From Chloroflexota bacterium (GTDB taxonomy: Bacteria; Chloroflexota; Anaerolineae; Promineifilales; Promineifilaceae): a stretch of 64,000 nt of DNA. The stretch lies in contig JAWKOY010000018.1 in the NCBI GenBank assembly GCA_041390945.1, forward strand, positions 61,237-125,236, in the 5' to 3' direction. Below are positions 21,680 through 32,109 of this stretch, in pieces (the first letter of the stretch is position 1; each line of letters starts with the position of its first letter). Made by a program: the position numbers and the translations under genes. The notes beneath the pieces are model-generated. The model did not search any database. It saw only the letters and a list, made by a program, of their open reading frames with translations, and was not told the DNA's origin.

Positions 21680-22774
21680 ATGAGAAAGTTAACCGGTTTG
21701 CAGTGGATTATCGTTTTGCTGACCCTGGCGACAGCGATCATTCACTTATTCCTGGGTGCATCGAGTTGGGGCTCCAACACGATGATGGGTGCGATGTTTG
21801 CCCTGGATGGTATTGGCTACATCGTCATTCTGGCATTGCTTTATTTTTCAGGGCGAACCGGCAGTGGCCGCTCCACCATGCGCTGGATCCTGATCTTCTA
21901 CACGCTGCTGACAATCATCCTGTATTTCGTCGTCAACGGTAGCTCTGCTTTCAGCAACACACTGGGGCTAATCACCAAGGCCATTGAAGCCGTGCTGGTT
22001 ATCCTGCTGTTCCTGGATCGCGGCAGCGACACCGTGGAAGTTGCAGCGCCTGCGGCCGTATCGACCGCTTCGGTAAGCCGTGCTGCGACCGAGATTGACA
22101 CGACTGCAACCGCGGCTGCCGCCGGAGCAGCGGCTGCTGTTGCCGGAGCCGTAGCCGCCGCTGATGACAAGGTTAATGATGCGGCCGATGCAGTTGGTGA
22201 TATGGCGACGCGTTCGATGGATGCGATCGACGATGCGGTGGATTCTACCACCAGGATGTCCAGAGAAGCGCTCCTGAGTTTCTTCGGGGATATCGACAGC
22301 ATGACCGAAGACGAGTGGCGCGCCAAGCTACTAGAGCATCTGAACATCCTGGGCGATACAACCCAATTTGATCAGCCGATTGAATATATTGAAGGGATTG
22401 GCGAAGTGTTCGGCCGCAAATGGCGCGCCGTAGACGTGACCAAGGCCATTGATTTGCTGGTGCTGGGTGCTACCCGCAAGGGACGGGCTGCCCTGTCCAA
22501 GAAGTCGGGCTTTACCGAAAGCCAGATTTTGACCTGGACCAACCAGGTGGACCTGTATCGCATCAAGGGCGTTGCCCAGGAATATGCGGATCTCCTGGAG
22601 CAATCCGGCGTGGATACAGTTGTTGAGTTGGCTGCACGTAATCCGGAAAACCTGCAGAAGCGCATGGTTGAGGTGAATGACCAGAAGAAACTGGTTCGGC
22701 GTAACCCCAACCTGTCTGAGGTTGAAAAATGGGTTGACCAGGCACGCCAGTTACCGCGTGTGATGCATTACTAA
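21680..22774 (+). CDS. 4-TM N-terminal domain, Ala-rich linker and DUF4332 (HhH-like) domain protein
   Basis: IEYIEGIG, DLYRIKGV, LLEQSGVDTVVELAARNPENL, VEKWVDQA; GGAGG SD. Confidence 0.8.
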   Translation: MRKLTGLQWIIVLLTLATAIIHLFLGASSWGSNTMMGAMFALDGIGYIVILALLYFSGRTGSGRSTMRWILIFYTLLTIILYFVVNGSSAFSNTLGLITKAIEAVLVILLFLDRGSDTVEVAAPAAVSTASVSRAATEIDTTATAAAAGAAAAVAGAVAAADDKVNDAADAVGDMATRSMDAIDDAVDSTTRMSREALLSFFGDIDSMTEDEWRAKLLEHLNILGDTTQFDQPIEYIEGIGEVFGRKWRAVDVTKAIDLLVLGATRKGRAALSKKSGFTESQILTWTNQVDLYRIKGVAQEYADLLEQSGVDTVVELAARNPENLQKRMVEVNDQKKLVRRNPNLSEVEKWVDQARQLPRVMHY

Positions 22775-22830
22775 TTCTGAGTCATAAAGGTCAGAGTCTT
22801 TAGCTGTCTCTGACTTTCATTTAAGTACAG

Positions 22831-22868
22831 AACGCACCTCCTGAGTTTATGGGAGGTGCGTTTTTTAT
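22831..22868 (+). terminator. Rho-independent terminator
   Basis: AACGCACCTCC...GGAGGTGCGTT followed by a T tract. Confidence 0.85.
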
Positions 22869-22948
22869 TCCGATCCCATTACAGTTCACCCCTGATAATT
22901 GTTGCTGAAGTTGTTTGTACCGGTGCACTTTGTTACACTGCGGGTACC

Positions 22949-24704
22949 ATGAGGGCCAAGGTGCGTTTTCTGGTTGCCGGTGGGTTGACCTTACTTGTTG
23001 CGGCTGTTGTCCTGTTTCAACATCAGCCGTCTTCGGCCGTTACCTATTCCGGCTATGGTGTCACGACCAATGGTCCTCTGACTCTCGAAGTTTCTGTGGT
23101 TCCACCGGTTGCCCAACCCGGCGATCAAATGAACCTCACAGCCCGACTGACCACGAGCGGCGTCACCAGTCAGACCCCGACCGTCACCCTTCGATTACCG
23201 CAGGGGGTAGAAGCTGATGTTTATGATCTGCCCGCCGGGGCAACGGTCAACCTGCAGGAAGGTACGCTTACCTGGGCACCGACTGTCGGCCCCAATACCC
23301 CCAGCCGTGAACTCTCTTAATCTGACAGTACAAAACCGTTGGATGTCACTGCACCGGAGCAGCCGGTTGCCTTCACACTGAGTGACAACGTTGAGAAACG
23401 CGAAGGGGAAACTCTTGTCTGGATTGGAATCCCGCCCATTGTGGACACAGCTCCCGCCAGACAAACAGTCGCTGTCGGCCAGCCGGTCAGGCTTGCCGCA
23501 GGTAGGGCCTCCGGTCCCGGCCCAATCAGCGAATTATGGGATTTGGGAGACGGCCGTCGGTTGACTGTGAATCCCCGGAGTCGCCTTTGGTTTCCCCGGC
23601 GAGTACACCTTGGGCCAGCGTCAAATCCGGCCGGACGGGTACGCCGTCAGTTGAGTGTTAACGTTGTTGCCAGCCCGGTTGCCGGGTTCCTGCCCGATGA
23701 CGATACACCCGGCGTGGGCCAATCTGTCGCATTTCGCAATTTGAGTGGCGGTCAACCGCCGTTGCGGGTTTCCTGGGAGTTTGGGGATGGCACCTCTGGC
23801 TACTGATTACGCCGAGGTGACGCATACTTACCAGTCTTCAGGCACCTATCAGGTTCGCCAAATTGTAGAAAATGATCCGGTCGCCTGAAGCCTCTTGGAC
23901 CATCAATGTCGGACTGCTTCCGGTTGCGGATATGATCTTGATGGACAGCACCAGTGTTGGTCAACCGTTGCAGGGTGAGGCGCTTTGGCGATGACAGCAT
24001 TACCGATTATGTCTGGGATAGTGGGGACGGTCGTGAGAAGATCGGTCCGGTTGTATCCCATTTGTATCGTTTGCCCGGCGACTACTATGTACGACTGGTG
24101 GCAATCAATGACTTCAGCAGTACGGAAGTCGGCCGTTGGGTGCACGTAGACCCGGTTCAACGACGCTGTACTTGCCGTCCTTGTTCTTTGGGTCGGCCAC
24201 GGCTGATACCGGCACTCCCTTGAGTGCTGACTATCCGGTGGATGTCGTGGTAGATAGTCCGGATATCGAATTGGCGGGGACGTATACGGTTCCTGTAATG
24301 TCGTTCCCGGAAGGACTACCTCCTGGCTGAGAAGTTATTCAGTTACATCAACGCAGTACGCAGCGAGTTTAACCTGCCTCCATTGGCCTACACGTATGAG
24401 TTGAGCCTTCGGCCCAGACTCATTAACAGACAAGGCGTCTGCCAGCCGGATAATCCGCATACCGGTACTGACGGTACAACCGCCGCCGAATTGCTGCTGC
24501 GCAGCGGATATCGTGGCGGCTACGCCGGCGAGGCTACTGCCTGGGGATTTGCTGACCCCGCGAGGCGTGCAGAATTCTGATGAACAGCGAGCCGCACTGC
24601 GTGTATTGCTCCTTAACCGCAATACCAACGAAGTCGGTGTCGGCTATTATGAGGATTACAGTACAGCCATTATCTGGCACTGGACGGCCGATTTGGTTTG
24701 CTAA
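22949..24704 (+). CDS. exported PKD-repeat protein with C-terminal CAP/SCP domain (several frameshifts)
   Basis: Signal peptide; WDLGDG, WEFGDG, WDSGDG PKD motifs; INAVRSEFNLPPL, HTGTDG, GEATAWG, EVGVG, WTAD CAP motifs. Confidence 0.7.
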
Positions 24705-24794
24705 GCTATGGTGGGCCAATCTGCCCCCGCCATTCGTGTTCAGTCACTCGGCTTCCGGCACGATGGTGGCTGACGGAGATGTGGTTAATTTCTC

Positions 24795-25233
24795 ATGATC
24801 CGTCGCTTCCGCTGGCCTCCGATCAGTATTTCTGTCTACGTGCTCAAAACGATTTGGCTGTCCTTGTTGGTACGGTAAACCAATCCGTTTCCCGGTAGTT
24901 ACTATGTGATGTCGGCTGATGTTTCACAGCGTCTGACGCCCAGACGAGACCGAGACTCTGGCGAATACAGAATGGTTTGTGCGGTTGGAAGACGGCCGTG
25001 GTGCCCAGGTATCCGAAGCAGCCGGACGCCCGATATTCGTCCAGCGTACAATAGACTTGACCCAACCGGATGTGGCGACTGGTGTCCCGGCGGCGACAGT
25101 TCCCGCAATTGTGAATCCAACCTCTACACCGTCGCCAACCCCGGAGATACCGCCGACGGAGGTCCCGCCAACATTGCCTCCACCACCGGTTGATTCCCCG
25201 CCGGTAATTGTGCCTGCCACACCACAACCATAG
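24795..25233 (+). CDS. hypothetical protein with Pro-rich C-terminus (frameshifted; 5' end uncertain)
   Basis: ORF 24979-25233 ends in PTSTPSPTPEIPPTEVPP; upstream frames are broken. Confidence 0.35.
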
Positions 25234-25307
25234 AATGCTGGTAGTTGATCACCCTCTTTAACCTTAATGCGCTTGCCGCATCGTTCCCGCCGTTTTACAA
25301 TGCAATT

Positions 25308-26477
25308 ATGGCAGAGCAGAATCTTGTTCTGAACAATCGTTACAAACTACTGGAGCGCATCGGCAGTGGGGGGATGTCGGTTGTCTACCGTGCGCAGGAC
25401 CTGTTATTGGGCCGTATTGTGGCCGTGAAGGTCCTGCATGATAACCTGACCGACGATCTGAACTTTTCGCGGCGCTTTCAGCGAGAAGCCTATTCGGCCG
25501 CAAACCTGTCCCATCCCAATATTGTGACTGTCCATGACATCGGCCAACAGGATGACCGTTACTACATGGTCATGGAGTATGTAGACGGCCGCACGCTCAA
25601 GCAGTTGGTCCGCTTGCAAAATCAGCAAGGCCAGCCCATGCCGATCAGTCGCGCGCTCGATCTGATTATTCAGGTCTGCGCCGGGATCGGCTACGCGCAC
25701 CGTGCCAACCTTGTTCATTGCGATGTCAAGTCGCAGAACATCCTGGTTACGCGTGATGATCAGGTCAAGGTTGCTGATTTCGGCATTGCCCGCGCCATGA
25801 GCGAGGCTACCCAGCATACGGTTGACGATCAGATTTGGGGAACGCCCCATTATTTCTCCCCGGAACAGGCGGCCGGACAACCGGCTACCCCGGCTTCTGA
25901 TGTGTACTCAATTGGCGTTGTCCTGTTTGAGCTTCTCACCGGTCGGTTGCCGTTTACGGCTGATACCCATACGGCCCTGGCGCTCAAGCATATGCACGAA
26001 CCGCCGCCGCATGTATCGCAATTTAACCCGGCTGTTCCACAGGCCCTTGACGATATTCTCCAGAAGGTCATGTCCAAAGAACCGGCGGCACGGTATCGGA
26101 CGGCCGATCAACTGGGGCGTATCCTCATGGCGTATCGGGAGAGCAGTCTCATGCAGACAGGCGCTATCCCGATGCTGGACGTTGCTTCGTCAATGCCGGT
26201 TTATGAACAACCGACCGCTATCTTTACCAATGTGAATAGCCCAGTCGGCCAGCCACAACCATCGACAATGGACACCATCGGCCGTACTTCCCCGCAGGGT
26301 AAGGTGTATGGCTCGACGACACCACCTTTTGAAGATGGTTCTGAGATGGTTTATCCGGTAAATGCTTCTGATGGCGAGCGAGATTGGGTTGCTGTCAGTC
26401 TGGGTGTATTGGCTGTTGTCGCACTATTGGGGCTTATTCCCCTATGGTACTTTGTCTACCAGGCGTACAGTGGCTAG
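25308..26477 (+). CDS. Hanks-type Ser/Thr protein kinase, C-terminal TM, no PASTA
   Basis: IGSGGMSVVY, VAVK, HCDVKSQN, DFGIA, GTPHYFSPE, DVYSIG. Confidence 0.95.
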   Translation: MAEQNLVLNNRYKLLERIGSGGMSVVYRAQDLLLGRIVAVKVLHDNLTDDLNFSRRFQREAYSAANLSHPNIVTVHDIGQQDDRYYMVMEYVDGRTLKQLVRLQNQQGQPMPISRALDLIIQVCAGIGYAHRANLVHCDVKSQNILVTRDDQVKVADFGIARAMSEATQHTVDDQIWGTPHYFSPEQAAGQPATPASDVYSIGVVLFELLTGRLPFTADTHTALALKHMHEPPPHVSQFNPAVPQALDDILQKVMSKEPAARYRTADQLGRILMAYRESSLMQTGAIPMLDVASSMPVYEQPTAIFTNVNSPVGQPQPSTMDTIGRTSPQGKVYGSTTPPFEDGSEMVYPVNASDGERDWVAVSLGVLAVVALLGLIPLWYFVYQAYSG

Positions 26478-26508
26478 AATAGGCGTGCTTATTCGGGATG
26501 TTTATTAA

Positions 26509-28466
26509 ATGACAAACCCCTCCAAAATTACCCGTTGGTTGGTTCTGGTACTCATTGGGGTAGCTGCCCTGGCCCTCATCTATTCGTTCGGCTCCTCGCC
26601 GACGGAAACTGATGAAATACCGGTCAGCCAATTGGCCCAGGAAGTGAGTGCTAACGAAGTCGCCCAGATCGACGTAGCCAGCGACGGGCAGCAAGTTGAT
26701 ATTACCTATCTGGACACAACCAAACCAGCAGCCCGCACCACGATTAGCGGCGTCAGCTCCATTGAGGAAGTGCTGGCCGCGTATGGGATCAACAGTTCCG
26801 CCTATGCCGATGGGACACCCAAAGTTGTTTATGCTGAGGTGAGCCGCTGGTCGGGCATACTCAGTATGCTGGGCATTTTCCTGCCGGCGTTACTGATGCT
26901 GGGCTTTTTCTATTTCATCTTCAGGCAGGCGCAAGGCTCCAATAGTCAGGCCATGTCATTTGGCAAGAGCCGCGCCCGCATGTTTACCGGCGATCATCCC
27001 ACGGTTGGATTTGATGATGTTGCCGGTTGTGATGAGGCCAAAGAGGAACTGCAAGAAATTGTCGAGTTTCTAAAGGAACCGGAAAAGTTCGTTTCCTTTG
27101 GGGCGCGGATTCCCAAAGGTGTGTTGCTGGTTGGCAGCCCCGGCACCGGGAAGACGCTGCTGGCTAAAGCCGTTTCCGGTGAGGCCGGTGTGCCGTTCTT
27201 TTCGATAGCCGGTTCAGAGTTTGTCGAGATGTTCGTCGGTGTCGGTGCCAGCCGTGTACGCGATCTGTTTGAGCAAGCCAAGCGCAACAGCCCCTGCATC
27301 ATCTTCATTGATGAGATTGATGCAGTCGGCCGTCAGCGTGGTGCCGGCCTCGGTGGATCCCATGACGAGCGTGAGCAGACGCTGAACCAGATTCTGGTAG
27401 AGATGGACGGCTTTGACACCGATACCCATGTGATTATCCTGGCCGCCACAAACCGACCGGACATTCTGGATCCGGCATTGATGCGCCCCGGCCGTTTCGA
27501 TCGGCGCGTGATCATTGACCGGCCTGACATGCGTGGCCGCGAAGCTATTTTCCGTGTGCATGTTCGCGGCAAGCCCATTTCCAGCAAAGTTGATGTCTTG
27601 ACCCTGGCAAAGGCTACCCCCGGTTTTGTCGGCGCTGATATTGAAAACACCGTAAACGAAGCTGCCCTTCTGGCGGCGCGCCGGGACAAAAGAGCATCGG
27701 CATGTCGGAATTCCAGGAAGCGATTGAACGGGTGCAACTTGGGCCGGAGCGTAAGAGCCGGATTATGAGCGCCGAGGAAAAGAGCTCACCGCCTATCATG
27801 AGGCCGGTCATGCCGTTGTCAGCCATATGCTGCCTCATGCCCAGACGGTTCGCAAGATTACCATAATCCCGCGCGGTATGGCGGGAGGCGTAACCTGGTA
27901 TCTGGACGAGGATGCTTACTTCCACACCCGATCTCGCTTTGAGGCGCTTATTGCCACAGCCTTAGGCGGCGTGTGGCCGAAGAGATTATCTTCGGTGAGG
28001 TAACTACCGGTGCATCCAACGACCTCTTTCAGCACGTCACACGTATGGCGCGTGACATGGTTACGCAGTACGGTATGAGCAACGGTTTGGGATTGCGGGT
28101 TTATGGTGAGAAGCAGAGATGGTCTTCCTCGGCCGAGATTAGCGAACAGCGTGACTATTCGGATGCCGTAGCCGAGCAGATTGACGCCGAGGTTCGGCAG
28201 ATCATTGATGAGGCTCATAAAAGCGCCTACGATATTCTGACCCAAAACCGGGACAAGCTGGAGCTGATAGCCTCCCGGTTGCTGGAAATTGAATCGCTGG
28301 AAGCCGAGGAGTTCGTTGCTTTGATGGAGGGCAGGAGCTACCCCCAAAGCCCCAGAAATCGAAGACGGGCGGTACAGGTACAAAAGCCCCGGCAACATCC
28401 CCGGCTGATGCCCATGATCGATCCCGTCCGTCAATTGACTTACCGCCTTCACCGTCGCCTGCCTGA
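26509..28466 (+). CDS. ftsH: ATP-dependent zinc metalloprotease FtsH (frameshifts 27690-28330)
   Basis: 2 [51 protein letters not shown]. Confidence 0.95.
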
Positions 28467-28509
28467 GCGACCTTATTAGCGGGTACCGACAACTGGATCG
28501 TCTGCGCTT

Positions 28510-30504
28510 ATGTTAGAAAGCAGCGACATTACCGCCTTGTTGGCATACGTAAATGATGTCCTTCAATCCATCATTGTTATCTTTGGCGTTGCTGTTGTCC
28601 TCTACAACATCCCCCGGTTGCCGCGTGGCGCAGTAATTCGCTCATTCTCAGCCCTAATCTCATTCGTTGTCATTGTCTACTTTGCGGAGCTTCTGGTCAG
28701 CCGTGTCGTAACACCGTCGTCGGCCGAGTTTTTCCTGCGAGTGGGGTGGATTGGCGTGGCGATGGTACCCGCGGCGCTGTTTCATTTATCGGATGCGTTG
28801 CTGGCAACGACCGGGAAAATATCCAGACGACGGCAGCGACTGGTGATTGCGGGGTATGTATCCGCACTTGTCTTTGTCATACTGGGTGTTTTTACTGATC
28901 TGGTTGTTGGGCCGCCGCTGCCGGATATGCCTACCCCACGCCTTACAGAAGGACCTTATCTCCTCATCTTTACCATTTGGTTCTGGGGCGTGACGGTCAG
29001 CAGTGTCTACAACGTATGGCGGGCACGCGGTCGGTGCTTGACGCGCACAACCCGCAACCGTATGAGCATCACCTTGTTGGCAATCCTGGCTGCGCCGTTA
29101 GGCGTCTTCCCTTACACTCTGCTCATGCACAACCCGGACCAACTGGTGCCAATCTGGCTTTGGATTGTGCTCATTCTGGGAAACCTGGTTGTTAGTTTGC
29201 TGTTTGCGGTTTTGACCTCGCAGTTGGTCTATTTTGGGGCGATGTCACCGGATCGTGTGGTGCGTGTTCGACTGTACAAGTTCATGGCCCGCGTACCACT
29301 GGCGGCTACGATAGTTTTACTGGTGTTTGTCCTGGTCAGCCGGGCACCGTCTGTAATGGGCCTGCCAAAAGATGTAGCCCTCAGCGTCGCTGTCGTTGCC
29401 ACAGTCATGATTGTGGAATGGATTATCCACGCCTACAAGAAACCCCTGGAGCGAGTATTTCAGCTAAATGATGATCCGGATGTTCGCCGCATCCAGACGT
29501 TGAGCGAGCGATTGTTAACAACCAGCGATTTGCAACAGTTCCTGGAGAGTGTTCTGGCTGCTATGTGCGAAGCCCTACGGACCCCGTCTGCATTTGTGGC
29601 GGCGTTAACCCCTGATGGGGCTGAACTCCTGGCATCTGTCGGTCCGATTGGTCCGGCGGCTCACCTGCCGCCACCGGCCGATCTGCACCGTTTGGACCGT
29701 ATTGAAGCCGGAAACAACGGCCATGATGTTCTTTCGGATGAACTCGGTGAGTTCTATGCCTGGGGCGACTATTGGATTCAGCCTTTGCACAGCACAATTA
29801 ACGGCAAGGCAACTTTGGGTATTTTGGGAATTCGCGCGCGTCCTGACGGGCTGAATTTTACGCCCGACGAAGCGGCCGCATTGGAACGCCTGACCGTTCA
29901 GGCTTCCTCCGCCCTGGAAGATCGCTTGCTTCAGCAGGATGTTTTTGCGGCTGTCGAAGGCTTGTTGCCCGAACTGGCTTCGTTGCAGGAGCGACGCCGT
30001 GTTGCCACATTTGGCGGCCTGCCTGCACTGACTGCCCATGCGGAAAACATTGACGAAGAAATCCTTCAGGACCCGGAGTTCAATAACATGGTTCGGGATG
30101 CCCTGACCCATTACTTGGGGTGGGCCGAAGCTGACAGAAAGCCCTTTGTTGCAACTTCAGGTGGTTCAACGCGAGCTGGAAGAACATGACAATAATCCGG
30201 TCAATGCACTGCGAGCTATCCTTGTCACGGCCATTGAGCAGCAACGGCCGGATGACGGTCAGCGCAGTTTGAGCACGACTGAATGGATTCTCTATAACAT
30301 TCTGGAATTGAAGTTCATACAGGGTCGCCGCGTGATGTTGCCCGCCGTCTGGCGATGAGTGAATCAGACCTCTACCGCAAGCAGCGGGTCGCCATAGAAA
30401 ACGTTGCCAAGACCATCGTCAACATGGAACGCGTGGTCTTGGAAGAAAATGGAAGCGAATTGGATGAATCTTTCCCCGAAGCCGAGCCCAGTACAGTTAC
30501 CTGA
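28510..30504 (+). CDS. HisKA_7TM-like membrane domain, GAF-like domain and C-terminal HTH (frameshifts near 30117 and 30332)
   Basis: Many TM helices; LQQFLESVLAAMCEAL...GILGIRARPDG...FTPDE; C-terminus LELKFIQGRRV..VARRLAMSESDLYRKQRVAI; no H-box or HATPase. Confidence 0.7.
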
Positions 30505-31751
30505 ACAATACATTGCGTATAGTGACAACAAGTTAACCGTTGAAGGTATGCCGGTATCGGCCATCGCTGCGGCAGTTGACACGCCTGCCTATGTGTATAG
30601 TTCAGCCGTTTTACGCGAGCGTGCGAGTGCCTACGTTGACTTCACCGACGGCGAACCGGCCGGTCAGCATCTGGTCTGTTACGCTGTCAAGGCCAACGGC
30701 AACCCCGCAATTGTGAGCATTTTGCAGGGGATGGGAATGGGGGCTGATGTGACCAGTGGTGGCGAGCTTTATCTGGCACAGACTACCGGTGTTGCCGCTG
30801 ACCGCATTATTTACTCCGGCGTCGGCAAGCGTCAGGCGAGATGCGTGAAGCCTTGCTGGCCGGAATTCGGGCCGTGCATGTGGAATCGGAACCGGAGTTG
30901 TTAGCTCTGGCGGAGGTGGCCGAGGGCCTACGGCGTGTGGCGCCTGTTGGCGTGCGTGTCAATCCCAATATTAATGCTGAAACACACCCTTATATCAGTA
31001 CCGGACTGCATGGTCACAAATTTGGCGTACCGCGCGAACGGGCTAGAGCTATCCTGAAACGGCTGCTCATCATCCGTGGCTTCGCCCTGTCGGCCTGGCT
31101 GCTCATATCGGGTCGCAGATTACGGATCTGGAGCCGTATGCCCAGTCTGTTCATTTCCTGGTTGATCTGGCTAATGAATTGCGGAAGCAGGGGGTTGACC
31201 TTGATTATCTTGATGTCGGTGGGGGATTGGGAATCAGTTATGAGTCCAGTGCCCCGTCAATCCGTGAGTGGGCCGGTGTTGTAGCGCCAACAGTGTGGGA
31301 TGCTGGGTATGAGTTGGTAATGGAACCGGGACGATCCATTGTTGGTCCTGGCGGGCTTATTGTTGACTCGCGTTGTCTACACCAAGGAGCAGGGTGAGAA
31401 GCAATTCGTCATTGTGGATGCGGGCATGACGGACCTTATTCGACCGACGTTGTATCAGGCGTATCATCCGATTGTTCCGCTGTTGCCCCCAACACGGCCG
31501 AGCTGGAACGAGTCGATGTTGTCGGTCCTATCTGCGAAACCGGGGACTGGCTGGCCCGTGACCGTGATCTGCCTCCTCTCGTTGCAGGCGATCTGGTAGC
31601 GATTTTGTATGCCGGTGCCTATGGGTATGCCATGAGTTCCAACTACAACGGCCACCTGCGTCCGGCGGAGGTGCTGGTAGACGGCCAGGAGTTTCAGGTC
31701 ATCCGCCGCCGCCAAACCTACGCCGATCTGACGGCGGGGACCTCTTTCTAA
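30464..31751 (+). CDS. lysA: diaminopimelate decarboxylase (several frameshifts)
   Basis: [26 protein letters not shown]...[44 protein letters not shown]. Confidence 0.93.
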
Positions 31752-31763
31752 ACTGTAATCCTG

Positions 31764-32084
31764 TTAGTGACAGGCTTCGTATAGGTACTCCCAGGTATAT
31801 ATGCCTGTATCGTGACCGTCACCCCATTTAAACTGAATAGCATAACTACCAATCGTGGCGACCTGTTCCAGGGTGAGATCGTCATTTTTGGTACGTTGTA
31901 GGACCAGCTTGTCGGCCGGCACGCCCATATGTTCATGCCCGCCACGACAGGTAACACAGGGGCAAATCGCCCTTAACCCTGCAAAAGGGTAGTCGCAACT
32001 ACTGCCGTCATTCCACTCAATTGTGACAATGCGCTTTGTCCGGTCGGCCGTTACACCGGTTGGTCGTATCTTATTTTCCATCAT
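31764..32084 (-). CDS. DUF971 / gamma-butyrobetaine hydroxylase N-terminal-like protein
   Basis: WNDG...LRAICPCVTCRG...GSYAIQFKWGDGHDTGIYTWEYL. Confidence 0.88.
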   Translation of the reverse strand: MMENKIRPTGVTADRTKRIVTIEWNDGSSCDYPFAGLRAICPCVTCRGGHEHMGVPADKLVLQRTKNDDLTLEQVATIGSYAIQFKWGDGHDTGIYTWEYLYEACH

Positions 32085-32109
32085 TCAAGTCCGTCGTATT
32101 TCTCTCCGG

